Assembly (NCBI GenBank): GCA_041697335.1
Contig: JBGUGD010000012.1
Location: 1-64,000 of the forward strand
Length of the DNA stretch: 64,000 bases
Direction: 5' to 3'
From: Vampirovibrionaceae bacterium NZW_1234
Lineage (GTDB): Bacteria > Cyanobacteriota > Vampirovibrionia > Vampirovibrionales > JAGQHJ01
Within the stretch, counting starts at the first letter, position 1. The number at the start of each line of letters is the position of its first letter. Shown one piece after another: positions 1 to 10,348 of the stretch. The notes beneath the pieces are model-generated. The model did not search any database. It was not told the DNA's origin and saw nothing but the letters and a program-made list of their open reading frames with translations. Position numbers and translations under genes: made by a program.

Positions 1-376
1 TGGAATGTCCGTTTTTCCGGTTTGTTTCGCCATCACCTTGTCAAAGGTTTCCAAGGATTTTTCTATTTATTTTCCACTAGCAAGTCCTTGCCTTCTACTT
101 TTTCGCAACAGAGGTGAGTAAACAAGATCAAATTCAAATTCGTTCTATGATTCGTTGTAAAGTAAAAACTCATCCAGACCACAACAAAGGCGTTGTAATA
201 GATTATAATTATTCTCATATCGAAGAGGGCTCAGATGTGGCAAGACGAGCAAAAGGGTAACCTACTTTAAGCATTCCAGCATAACAAGGACGCTGGACAT
301 ACCTTGTATCCTCAAAATGAAGAATTAACTAGGCTATCTCATAATCTTTAAAGCCAAATAATGGAGATCTCTACTC

Positions 377-3300
377 TTGTTGATTTCTGCAAACATGATT
401 AGTGAGTGGGCAGCTAAAAACCGCCGACAAACTCAGGATACTTTACCTGAATTAGTAAGGCACATGGTTTTTGAATCCGATCCTAATGTAAGAAGAGCAG
501 ACATTCCCAGCGGTGATTCAGTTGCTTTACCTGGTCTGGATGGTGTGGTGATTTCTCAAAATGGCTTTTGCCCTGAGCAATTTTTACCAGAAGGCGAGTC
601 CGTCTGGGAGTTTGGCTGTGATAAGGGCCATGTGCCCACTAAAGCTGAATCAGACTATCAAAAACGCTCCAAAGATAAAGATCTTATAGATAAGACAACA
701 AAGACCTATATTGCTGTCACACCTTACCCCTGGAAAAAAAAACAAGCGTGGATTTCGGCCAAGCAGGCAGAAGGTCATTGGAAAGATGTTTATGTTCTAA
801 ATGCAGAAGATTTGGCTCAATGGCTTGATCAATGTCCAAAAACAAGAGATTGGTTTGCCTCTAAAGTCCTAGGTTACCCATTAACAGACTTAGCCGTTAA
901 AGTTCTTCCTATATTGTTGCTAACTGGAGGGTGGGATACTCGTTATGAAGCAGATAAAAAAGTTGTCGAAGCCATTTCAGGTCTTTCACATGAATCTGTA
1001 GAAGCGAACTTGCAGCAATTTTCTAGGCATTCAAATGAAATTGGCTCTTCATTTTTCCAAAAAGAAAACAGCCGATGGAACCTCTTAAGACCTGAGTTGG
1101 CCTGGGAATTTGCAGAAGCAACAATAACTGAAGCTACATTTTCTCGTTTTTTCCAACAAGTCGAAGTTATTTTTTCGGAACTGCCGGATAGCTATCTACC
1201 CCCTAGCGAGCAGACTATTCTTCCAATTCATCATATTGGCCAGGGTTTTTCGGACACTCTCAAACAAGGCATGGCTGAATCTTTAGCTCGTATTGCTTCG
1301 ACATCTAACCCCTTAGCCTATGGGTATAGTGGACGCGCTCCTCAGAAGTTAGTCAATTTCCACTTAGAACAAATATTCAATGATGATCGCAGGTATAATC
1401 CTGCTTTTTGGGTATATATTGCTTCTTATTTACCAACTATAGCCGAAGCCTGGGACGGTGGTTTCCTCGATTGTGTAGAAAATGTCTTATCGCAGCAGCC
1501 ATCGGCATTCACTCATTTGTTTCAAACTCCACAATATACCTTAGGTTCCCGTAGTCTCTCTGGATTGTTATTTGCTTTACAAAGGCTTGCATGGTTTCCA
1601 CCACACTTGAGCCGTGTTGCAGACATACTCTTAGCACTTCGCCCGTATGATATACGGCCAAGTAATGAATGGGGAACAATTTCAGCCTTTCAAGAATTGT
1701 TTACTGCTTGGCATGCAAACACAGCAGCTACTTTAGAAGAGCAGAGAATGATTTTAACTAGGTTAATGTCATCTTCACCTGAAGATGGATGGCCTTTGCT
1801 GATGACTACACTACCAAGACCTCATACTCTTATTATTTCTCGTTCAACACCAAGATTTCGCAAACTCGTTGGTCCAATTAACCGAGAGCCAAATCCTCAA
1901 GAATACTATTCTCATGTAGCTGCTCTCTGGGATTTGGCACTTTCACATGCAGGCTCTTCTGCAAAGCGCTGGGGCGATCTACTTGAGTATTTACCCGAAG
2001 TTAAAGGCTCAGATTTATTTAAAAATTTTATTCAGGTTCTGGAGAAAGAGATTCTGCACTTAGATGGCAATACTGCCAAGCTGTGGAACCAAGGTATTCA
2101 ACTATTAGCTCATCATAAGCAATACTCTCAGACATCTTGGTCATTTAGCTCTGTTGAAATAAATCATTTAGAAGAACTGATCCAAAGATTACAACCTTCT
2201 GATTGTAGAGAGCTTTTTAAACCCTTGTTTACAAAAGATTCTATGGATTTATATGATTTCGCCATTAGCGAAGAATCTTCTGAATTTGAAACTATAGATG
2301 GCGTTATCCGAGAGCGCAGAAAAACGGCTGCCCAACGTTTATTGACAGAGTTAAACCGAGAAGAGTTTGCAAATTATATTTTAGAGTTACATGATATAAG
2401 TTCAATAGCTGTCCACAACTTGTCTTTTAGTCTAGCAGATGTAATAGAGGTGAGCAAAAATGCAGATACTCAATTTTTAATATTCTTGCTCAACAACGAG
2501 AATAATAAAATTAGATGGGCTGTTCACTCAATATTAACAACGATTTCAAGAAGAGGGGAAATTACCGGATGGGCAGATACTATAACTTCTGAGCTAACAG
2601 TTACAGGTAATGCTACACTATGGAGCGCCTTCCCTGTAACAGAGGAGATATTAAAGCGGGTACAATCTCTAGGGGTTGATATTGAAACTCAGTATTGGAA
2701 AACTTTACGTCCTACACCTCAAGACTATGAAAATGCGGGTGACCAGCTCATTATTAAATTCCTTGAATTTAACCTTCCAGGTAAAGCCCTAGATGGACTA
2801 GGACAGCAGCTATATAACAAAAAACCAATTCCACCATCTTTAATCATGGATACTTTAAATATTTTTGCCACAACAACTCCAGAAAAAGACGACTATACTT
2901 TTCAGATCCGCCCTTATTATATAGAAAAACTGATAAATTACTTGGAAAATACTGACTTGACTAGTACTGAACAAGATCGATTGATCAGATTGGAATGGTT
3001 TTTACTTCCGCTATTAGAGCAAAGGACTGAGCAATTTTCGCTTTCACTCTTCACTCACCTTGCGGATCATCCAGAACTTTTCGTGGAAATGCTAACTTGG
3101 ATATATTATCCAGACAAGGAGCCTGATCACCAACCTCAAAAGAGAGAACCAACGGAAGATCAAAAAGCCCTTGGACTACAGGCACATAAGGCCATTGATA
3201 TGTGGGATGTTTTACCTGGGCAAACAGGGAGTAAAATTGATGAAAATATTCTAATGTCCTGGTATGAAAAAGGACTCATATTGGCAAAAGAAGTTGATAG

Positions 3301-3622
3301 AGAAGACACTTTCAACAGAAAATTTGGTAAAAAGCTTGGCGAGTGTGACTTAATTGGTGATGATGGCCACTGGCCATGCGAAGCTGTGAGAAGTCTCCTT
3401 GAAAAATCTGTAACAACCATGAAGAAAGGCTTTCTTCTTGGCAAATACAATAATATCCATGGCAAAGCGAGATGGGTAGAAGAAGCTAAGCAAAAAGATG
3501 CTTTGTTAGTAAACAGCTTAAGAGCATCCTCAAAGATACTTGCTCCCTCATATCCCAAAACAGCTGGGATACTTTTGCAGTTAGCACAAGATATAGAGGA
3601 ATCAATAAAGCTTTGGAATTAA
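377..3622 (+). CDS. Large hypothetical protein with N-terminal PD-(D/E)xK/restriction-endonuclease-like domain and long helical C-terminus; candidate defence protein
   Basis: 1081-aa ORF, TTG start with GGAG at 363-366; N-terminal LPELVR..GD....GLDG...WEFG...KA..DY.KR...VTP..W..K..W...WKDV....AEDL.QWL pattern; visibly AT-richer than the rest of the window. Confidence 0.6.
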   Translation: MLISANMISEWAAKNRRQTQDTLPELVRHMVFESDPNVRRADIPSGDSVALPGLDGVVISQNGFCPEQFLPEGESVWEFGCDKGHVPTKAESDYQKRSKDKDLIDKTTKTYIAVTPYPWKKKQAWISAKQAEGHWKDVYVLNAEDLAQWLDQCPKTRDWFASKVLGYPLTDLAVKVLPILLLTGGWDTRYEADKKVVEAISGLSHESVEANLQQFSRHSNEIGSSFFQKENSRWNLLRPELAWEFAEATITEATFSRFFQQVEVIFSELPDSYLPPSEQTILPIHHIGQGFSDTLKQGMAESLARIASTSNPLAYGYSGRAPQKLVNFHLEQIFNDDRRYNPAFWVYIASYLPTIAEAWDGGFLDCVENVLSQQPSAFTHLFQTPQYTLGSRSLSGLLFALQRLAWFPPHLSRVADILLALRPYDIRPSNEWGTISAFQELFTAWHANTAATLEEQRMILTRLMSSSPEDGWPLLMTTLPRPHTLIISRSTPRFRKLVGPINREPNPQEYYSHVAALWDLALSHAGSSAKRWGDLLEYLPEVKGSDLFKNFIQVLEKEILHLDGNTAKLWNQGIQLLAHHKQYSQTSWSFSSVEINHLEELIQRLQPSDCRELFKPLFTKDSMDLYDFAISEESSEFETIDGVIRERRKTAAQRLLTELNREEFANYILELHDISSIAVHNLSFSLADVIEVSKNADTQFLIFLLNNENNKIRWAVHSILTTISRRGEITGWADTITSELTVTGNATLWSAFPVTEEILKRVQSLGVDIETQYWKTLRPTPQDYENAGDQLIIKFLEFNLPGKALDGLGQQLYNKKPIPPSLIMDTLNIFATTTPEKDDYTFQIRPYYIEKLINYLENTDLTSTEQDRLIRLEWFLLPLLEQRTEQFSLSLFTHLADHPELFVEMLTWIYYPDKEPDHQPQKREPTEDQKALGLQAHKAIDMWDVLPGQTGSKIDENILMSWYEKGLILAKEVDREDTFNRKFGKKLGECDLIGDDGHWPCEAVRSLLEKSVTTMKKGFLLGKYNNIHGKARWVEEAKQKDALLVNSLRASSKILAPSYPKTAGILLQLAQDIEESIKLWN

Positions 3623-3887
3623 GCAGTATTTTATCTGTTTGATGAAATAAAATTTAAACTCTGTAAAGAATTTATTTATCTGTGGTGACTGTTCCGCAAT
3701 AAAGCATTAAACTCTTTTAAATGGTGTTTCAGGGCTTCTTGCTGCTTAGCAGCTGGAATTAAAAAGAAGACTCGACCTCCTGACGTACTTACTTCTATTG
3801 GGAAAAAGTATCAGGCAAGGGCTTGTTGGTCAAAAATAAAGAGGATATGCCCTCTAAGCCTGGTGTAAGACAAGAGACCAGAGGGCT

Positions 3888-4080
3888 TTGTCAATGAATA
3901 ATGATTTTCATTATTTTGCTTTTTACCTGGTCGCCAAGCATACGGGAGAATTGTGTCAAAATGACAATTCCAAACGACATCCCGATGAAATTTTGATTTT
4001 AGCCTTGCTCAAGCATTTAACAGGTAAGGCTTACCGGCAATTTTGGGGATGGCTGAAGTGGACAGGTCGGTTTCCGAGAA
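3888..4080 (+). mobile_element. Truncated transposase N-terminal remnant (IS982/IS4-superfamily-like)
   Basis: DEILILALLKHLTGKAYRQFWGWLKWTGRFP resembles N-terminal helical regions of DDE transposases; no catalytic domain follows. Confidence 0.4.
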
Positions 4081-4314
4081 TCTTCCGGGTTACTGTCCGC
4101 ACAGTGGACGACAGAGCCGGAGGATTCAACGGCAGACGTGTGAACTCAAAGGACATCAGAAACGTGACGCCATGGTTTTGAAATAAGAGTTAAAATGATA
4201 CCAAAAATATGCATTTGCACCATGACGTATTCACTCCTGCCCTACAAAACCCCCTCAAGCTGGGTTTGTGCTAACGACTGGAGAAAGGGTTTCTAGGCAC
4301 GAATAGCGTGAATT

Positions 4315-6144
4315 CTAAGGTTTGCTGGATGGATATGTGAGTGATAAGCCGTTGCAGCCGCTTAGACGATTTGTAAATTGATCACCCTCGACGGTTTTCA
4401 TGCACGCCAACTGCTTGAGCGGTTGGTTGGAATTGAAGAAAAGTATCGTATCACTGAGGTCCATTCCTTTGGATAGATCTTGGTGGACCAGGTATGACAG
4501 GAAACCTAATATTCGCGCTTGGGCTTTTTTATCCGTCAATTTTTCCAATTCTTCAAGGTGGTCGATAAGAATGACTTTATTCGCAAAAGAGGGTTTATCG
4601 GATACCGTGGGAGTAGGAACTGCGGCACTCAGGAGTTTATCTTCCAAGACCTCCCGGGTCTTCAGCTCACGTAAGTCCAGTGTAATCAGGCTGTTCGGTC
4701 CCATGACTTCATCGGCTAACTTTTGTGCCAAGGGTTTTATGTCACTTCCCCCTTGTGTAACAGCTCTTAATTTATGACCGGGGTTTGATTTTTCGCCGGG
4801 TGGGTATTGTTGCATAGCTTTATAAGATAATATGGTGCTTTGAAGCACTTCCTCTAGATTCTCACTCATATGCATTCCATCGTATCGCAGGGTTTCATCA
4901 ACAGCCCAGCCCTCAGAGAGGCGTTTTGAAATATCAGCCGGATCGATGTGGCGGTAATAGTCGAAGAGTTCTCGTTTGTCGAGAATGTCTTTGATAGAAG
5001 ACTCCAAGGAGACGGAGGACGTGTTGGGATTCGTCGCAACTTCTGTCTTCAGCCGATTATGTAACTGTTCCAAAGCAAGATTTACCTGCCATAGTTTGGC
5101 TTTTTCCTCAGGGTCTAATGGTTTTTTAGAAACAAACAGTGTATTATCATCCATTGTTGCGCCAAAGACACCGAGCGTGGCGAATAAGTTGTTTTTACTG
5201 TAGATTGCAGTTAGCAGCATTCTAAAATAGTCTTGAGTGCGGATATCTGGGAATCTAAGGAATCCGAGTAGCGCTGCGGCTTTGATTTGCGGATGTTCGT
5301 TCTTAAAATATTCTTCGTGAATATTGCGGAGTAACGTATTGAGATGAGGTGTGGATGCTTTTGCCAGTTCTTGTAGGCGAAGAATGGCGGATACTTTCTC
5401 TGGTACAGTGGGTGCTTCTTCAATATCCTTCACCATGATTTCGGCCTGCTTAGCAAAATCAATGGCAATAGTTTTCGTAGGAGTGCTCAGCGTTTTTGAA
5501 TACTGTTCCGGGAACCCCGGGATTTTACTCAGCATTTCCAGAAGCTTTGTCGCTTGAATGCGATTTGTTTTGCTTTTGGCCTGAAGTCCCCTATGGAGGG
5601 CTTTTATTTCGGAATTGGAAAGTGGCAATTTGGGAATGCAGTAGGTCGGGTTGGATGTTTTAATCACATCTTCAATGAAGTCCTGATGTGTTCTGAAACG
5701 CCACTGCAGGTTTGTAACGGTTAGCGTGGGAGGGGAGAGCTTTTTTTCGGCAATGGCATGCAGGTGTTTTCGGATGTAAAGCTCGTTTTTTAGCTGTTTT
5801 AGTCGGTGCTCCAAGCGTGCTTGGGTTGACAGAGGCTTGGGTTGTGGTGGCTTTGAAGACGCTTTGTTTGTGGTTTTGTTGGCTTTTTGCGTGGGCTTGT
5901 TGCCAGTGATTAGATTCCAGAGCCACTGAAAAGGCGAAAATAATTGGGTTAACGCCTGCTTAAGCCAGTTTTTGAGCCGGTCAGAGAGCGAAGGGGGCTT
6001 GGGTTCGCCTGCGGATTTTGATGCGCCAAAGCGAATATCCGGGCCTAGGGTTGCCAAAAGTTGAGTAGGTAAAGTGCTTTTCGAAGTGGCATAACGCGTG
6101 TTTGTTATTCTCGGGGTTACTGGAGAGGGGGCTTCGAGCGGCAT
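4315..6144 (-). CDS. Hypothetical protein with low-complexity IRFG leader and degenerate ClpB-D2-like AAA domain at the C-terminus
   Basis: ORF track 4315..6207; ATG at 6144 has GAGG upstream; C-terminal LAQKLADEVMG..SLITLDL / VILIDHLEE / MDLSDTILFFNSN / FTNRL. Confidence 0.6.
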   Translation of the reverse strand: MPLEAPSPVTPRITNTRYATSKSTLPTQLLATLGPDIRFGASKSAGEPKPPSLSDRLKNWLKQALTQLFSPFQWLWNLITGNKPTQKANKTTNKASSKPPQPKPLSTQARLEHRLKQLKNELYIRKHLHAIAEKKLSPPTLTVTNLQWRFRTHQDFIEDVIKTSNPTYCIPKLPLSNSEIKALHRGLQAKSKTNRIQATKLLEMLSKIPGFPEQYSKTLSTPTKTIAIDFAKQAEIMVKDIEEAPTVPEKVSAILRLQELAKASTPHLNTLLRNIHEEYFKNEHPQIKAAALLGFLRFPDIRTQDYFRMLLTAIYSKNNLFATLGVFGATMDDNTLFVSKKPLDPEEKAKLWQVNLALEQLHNRLKTEVATNPNTSSVSLESSIKDILDKRELFDYYRHIDPADISKRLSEGWAVDETLRYDGMHMSENLEEVLQSTILSYKAMQQYPPGEKSNPGHKLRAVTQGGSDIKPLAQKLADEVMGPNSLITLDLRELKTREVLEDKLLSAAVPTPTVSDKPSFANKVILIDHLEELEKLTDKKAQARILGFLSYLVHQDLSKGMDLSDTILFFNSNQPLKQLACMKTVEGDQFTNRLSGCNGLSLTYPSSKP

Positions 6145-6900
6145 ACACGTAGACCTCGGGTTTTGCTCATCAACTAGGGCAATCATAACAACAACATGCC
6201 AATGCATCTTCCCGATATGTTGCTTGCTTATGAAATGCCCTCAATGTCAAAAATTGCTATGGAGATTTGTCTTTTCAGGAAAACGTCTTTGAATGTCGAG
6301 TGGTTAGCGACAAAACCAGGAATTGCTCGATATTGGGGGGTGAGCCCTTTAACTTTTGTGAAGATGCCCATCAAAACGGGGTTTCAGGCCCTGAATTTGA
6401 AGTTAAGTTTACTTTATGAAATTTTTTGATTCTCTTTAGGGCAGTTGTTACATCTGTTTGCAGAGTGGCAAAAGGCGCTGGGTGCCCCAAAATGGCATCG
6501 GTATATTTTTTATATTAGCTCTCATAATGAAAAGTATGACCGTCAGATCACTAGCAGGCTGAACCAAAAAACGCTAAACTATAAATAGTTGGAAGTGAAT
6601 GAAAGGTGCTACTCCAAACCACCCCGCTGGTGATGGGTGACGTGGTTTGCTTATTTTCGCCGTCGTTTAGGTCATTGAGATAAACGGCTTCCACATGCAT
6701 GGCAATTGAGACGATTAATGGAGGATGATATCGAGAACGGACAATAAATGATGATGATGGTTAGCACGGCCCAATACGGTGTCTGCCCTTGCGAGGGTTG
6801 GGGACTGCTGTAGGGCCGGATGATGATGAACAGGACATGAGACAGTGTCTGCTTCATTTTTAGGTTCGGAACAAATAATACTGAGGAGGACTCACTCGTC

Positions 6901-7065
6901 ATGAAGCAATCCAAGAAAAAATATTCTGCTATTGAGACGACTGGCGGCACCTACAGTGCCCGCAAGGTGCCTCAATGGCGAATTGGAAACAATGAACTCC
7001 TCGAATATCTGGCCGCGTTGGATAAGGATTGGGATGACCTGATCGGGGACTTCAGTCCCGCCTAA
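6901..7065 (+). CDS. Small 54-aa protein MKQSKKKYSAIETTGGTYSARKVPQWRIGNNELLEYLAALDKDWDDLIGDFSPA
   Basis: Translated by hand (below ORF-track cutoff); strong GAGGAGG Shine-Dalgarno just upstream; lies in otherwise non-coding space. Confidence 0.6.
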   Translation: MKQSKKKYSAIETTGGTYSARKVPQWRIGNNELLEYLAALDKDWDDLIGDFSPA

Positions 7066-7296
7066 ATCAGGGTCATTTCCTCCGCTAGGTCTACTTAGTT
7101 AGAGTTTGGTTTTGACCTGTTTTCAGGTTGGTTCTGGCTTTGTTCAAAAAGCCGGACAACGGACTCTGGGTTTTTCATCGAAGCGAGGTGCCTTGTGCGC
7201 CTCGCTTCGACGATTTTAACGGGATCGGAATGTTGATACGTGGCCCAGGCATTCGGCGATTGCGTTTTGGAATAATGTCGTTGCTTTTCGGCTATA

Positions 7297-9150
7297 ATGA
7301 GACCTATGGTCAAAAAAGCGTTTACGGAACTCTGGCGTCGGATTACCCAGTACAATAAAGTGGTTGAGGATTATCGCAAGGCGGCTCAGACCTCTGCGGA
7401 TCCGGCGATGGCCTATGTGAACTGGGGGATTGACCTGGCCAATGAAGGTAACCTGGATGGGGCGCTGGAAAAATTTGAACAGGCCGCTGCCATGGCCCCG
7501 GATCGGCCGGAACCGTTTAACAATTGGGGTGTCGCCCTGGCCAAGTTGGGGCGTCTGGAAGAGGCCATGGACAAGTTTCAGCGGGCGCTTGAAATTGATC
7601 CCGAATCGGTGAATAGCTATATTCTATGGGGGGCGGCCCTTCTGGAACTGGGGGATGTGGATGCCGCCCAGGAGAAGTATGAAAAAGCCGTCCGTTTAAA
7701 CCCGTCCAACCCGGAACCTTACGTCAATTGGGGCATTGCCCTTTCCCGGATGGGGCAATATCCGGAGGCGATTCGGCATTTTCAGGCGGCCTTGGCCATC
7801 TACAATTACCAGCCCCAGGTCTATTTCCTGTGGGGGGCGGTTTTGGCCGAAATGGAACAGTACGAAGACGCCATTCAAAAGTTCAAGGTCACCCTGCGCC
7901 ATATGCCCAAACACCCGGAAGCCTATTATTTCTGGGCCATTGCCTTAAATCGCCTGGGGCATTATGAGGAGGCTGTCGAAAAATCCCGTAAGGCCCTGGA
8001 ACTCAATCCGGAGAATCCCGAGATTTATCTGAATCTGGGCGATGCCCTGGCGAATCTGGGGAAATTTGAGCTGGCCATCGAGAACTATCGCCAAGCCGAG
8101 CTGATGGACCCCGAGTTGCCGGATACTTACATGAGTTGGGGGATTGCCCTTTGCAAGCTCGGAAATTGCGAAGAAGGCTACCAGTATTTTGCAAAAGCCC
8201 TGGAGATGGACCCGTTTCTGATTCAGGTTCATGCCTACTGGGGGGCTTCCTTGAACGAGAACCGCCGGTTTCAGGATGCCTTGCCGCATTTGGAGAAGGT
8301 TCACGAGGATGACCCGGAGAACCTGGATAACCTGCTGAATTACGGGCTGGCGAAGATTCATACCGGTGAAGTCGAAGCGGGTTATCAAATGCTGAAGGAG
8401 GCTGAAAAACTGGATCCCTGGAACCCTCAGGTTCATTTTCTTCTGGGGACCCAGCAACTGGCCTTGGGCAATACCAAGGTGGCCCTTGAGCACCTGCAAC
8501 GCTCCTTAGACTCGCAAAAGGACTTTACGGATGCCGCCATTAACCTGAGTTTGGCCCTGTGCGAATTAGGCAACACCGAAGAAGCCGTGCGAACCTTGCG
8601 TCCCTTTATGCGACAGCAGCAGGATTCCCCGGAAGTGACTTTTTTCAATGGCATGATCCTGTATCGGCATGGGGATTTGCGAGAAGCGGTCGCGAAGTTT
8701 GAAAAGGCCGTGACATTGAGGCCGGGCTATCCGGAAGCCTTGTTGGGGCTGGCCGAGATTGCCGTCAAGCAAGAGCAACTGGACAAAGCTCAAGGGCATT
8801 TGGAGGCCATTTTGGCCACTCATCCCGAGTTTATTCCGGCCTTGTTTTTGAGCGGTATTGTGAAGGCAAAACAGGCAGAAGCCCAGGGCGACCTTGAGTT
8901 GTATCGGCAAGCTCAAGCTCAGTATGCAACAGCGTTTCGGCTTGACCCGCATCACCTGGAGGCTCGGGTCAATCATGCCTACCTGTTTGGGAAGTTGGGA
9001 GAAGTCGAGGCGATGAACGAGGCCTTTACAGCGCTGGCTGCTGAGGGGCCTTATTCCAGGGAGACGATTCATCGTTATTGGGCAACAGCCCTGGAAGAAC
9101 TGGGCTTTCTTGACAAGGCCGCCGAAAAACGGAATGAGCTTTCTCTTTAA
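7297..9150 (+). CDS. Tetratricopeptide-repeat protein (TPR units over nearly the whole length)
   Basis: Repeated ~34-aa units with WGxAL..LG..EEA...F..AL...P spacing; start may be ATG 7306. Confidence 0.9.
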   Translation: MRPMVKKAFTELWRRITQYNKVVEDYRKAAQTSADPAMAYVNWGIDLANEGNLDGALEKFEQAAAMAPDRPEPFNNWGVALAKLGRLEEAMDKFQRALEIDPESVNSYILWGAALLELGDVDAAQEKYEKAVRLNPSNPEPYVNWGIALSRMGQYPEAIRHFQAALAIYNYQPQVYFLWGAVLAEMEQYEDAIQKFKVTLRHMPKHPEAYYFWAIALNRLGHYEEAVEKSRKALELNPENPEIYLNLGDALANLGKFELAIENYRQAELMDPELPDTYMSWGIALCKLGNCEEGYQYFAKALEMDPFLIQVHAYWGASLNENRRFQDALPHLEKVHEDDPENLDNLLNYGLAKIHTGEVEAGYQMLKEAEKLDPWNPQVHFLLGTQQLALGNTKVALEHLQRSLDSQKDFTDAAINLSLALCELGNTEEAVRTLRPFMRQQQDSPEVTFFNGMILYRHGDLREAVAKFEKAVTLRPGYPEALLGLAEIAVKQEQLDKAQGHLEAILATHPEFIPALFLSGIVKAKQAEAQGDLELYRQAQAQYATAFRLDPHHLEARVNHAYLFGKLGEVEAMNEAFTALAAEGPYSRETIHRYWATALEELGFLDKAAEKRNELSL

Positions 9151-9318
9151 TCAGACGATTCAAGAATTTCTTGCCTCGATCAAAATACATGTGCGTTGCC
9201 TACGGTATCGCTCGCTTCTGGCAGGAATTAATCCGGCTGGAATGTAACACCCTCGACAAAATATTCTTGCGCTCCGAGGAGAATATGGTATTTTGGGAGT
9301 CAGTCGAGGTTATAGTTA

Positions 9319-10113
9319 GTGACAAATGAAGAGAGGTTGCCCGTGACTTCCAAGCAATCCCAAGTACTGCAATTGCTCCGTGAGAAGCGATTGGTTAAAG
9401 TCATTTCCGGTATTTCCAATTTCGACTCCGATCATGTGGCTCAGGTTGTTCGTGCTGCCAGTGTGGCTGGTGTTGGGGCTGTGGACGTAGCTGCCCGGCA
9501 CGATATTGTCCAATTGGCGAGCCAAACCACAGATTTGCCTGTTTTTGCCTCATCCATTAATCCCCAGGATTTGGCCATTGCGGCTGCCAACGGTGCGGAT
9601 GTGGCTGAAATCGGAAACTTTGATGCCCTCTACAAAGACGGCTTTTATTTGACGGCAGACGAAGTGCTTCGCCTGACGGAGAAGACGCAAGCTTTGTTGC
9701 CCCAGGAAACCCTGCTTTCCGTGACGATTCCGGGCTACCTCTCCGTAGATGCCCAGGTGCGTTTGGCTGAGCGCCTTCAGGCAATGGGTGTGACCATGCT
9801 TCAAACCGAAGGGGCCTCCCGTGTAGTGACAGTGACACGTACCGTTCAGTTGTTGCCTGCTGAAGAGAAAGCCCGCTTGACCCTTGAAAATACTCAGGCT
9901 CTCTGTGCGGCTGTATCTCTGCCGGTTATGACTGCCAGCGGCATTCATGCGGGCAACGTGGTTGAGGCCTTTGATGCAGGGGCTGCTGCTGTGGGTATTG
10001 GTTCGGTCGTGAATCGCCTTCATGCAGAAGAAGACATGGTGGATGTCTTGCTGGGTATCATGCAGCAGGTTCAAACCCGGATGGCTAAACAATCTGTTGT
10101 TTTGGCTTCTTAA
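9319..10113 (+). CDS. DUF561/Ycf23-family TIM-barrel protein
   Basis: KVISGISNFD, VDVAA, GADVAEIGNFDALY, LSVTIP, QTEG, ASG motifs typical of cyanobacterial/plastid Ycf23. Confidence 0.85.
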   Translation: MTNEERLPVTSKQSQVLQLLREKRLVKVISGISNFDSDHVAQVVRAASVAGVGAVDVAARHDIVQLASQTTDLPVFASSINPQDLAIAAANGADVAEIGNFDALYKDGFYLTADEVLRLTEKTQALLPQETLLSVTIPGYLSVDAQVRLAERLQAMGVTMLQTEGASRVVTVTRTVQLLPAEEKARLTLENTQALCAAVSLPVMTASGIHAGNVVEAFDAGAAAVGIGSVVNRLHAEEDMVDVLLGIMQQVQTRMAKQSVVLAS

Positions 10114-10137
10114 CCCCCCTGTCTTAAAATTACACTC

Positions 10138-10170
10138 AAGGCCCTCTTACTTAAAAGAGGGCCTTTGGTT
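10138..10170 (+). terminator. Intrinsic terminator after DUF561 gene
   Basis: AAGGCCCTCT-loop-AGAGGGCCTT followed by T-rich sequence. Confidence 0.7.
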
Positions 10171-10348
10171 TTGGGGATTGTATCAGTGTAGGTCCTTGAG
10201 CCTTGGGGCTATGCCTTGTGTTGGTGCAAAGAAGTGTAACGAATTGCCGTGAAGGCAGCAACTTAAGATTTTCTTTTGTTTTTGATCTATTAAAGATATC
10301 CTCTTTTCTTTTTTAACGTTACCAAATTTAAGGAATGGCTCTAAGACG

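Noticed and set aside
114..260. 48-codon GTG-started ORF upstream of the 1081-aa gene
   Set aside because: Short, no recognisable motif, weak RBS spacing.
7128..7358. 76-aa ORF containing LRFG upstream of the TPR gene
   Set aside because: No RBS, overlaps the TPR start out of frame; not counted in the leader family.
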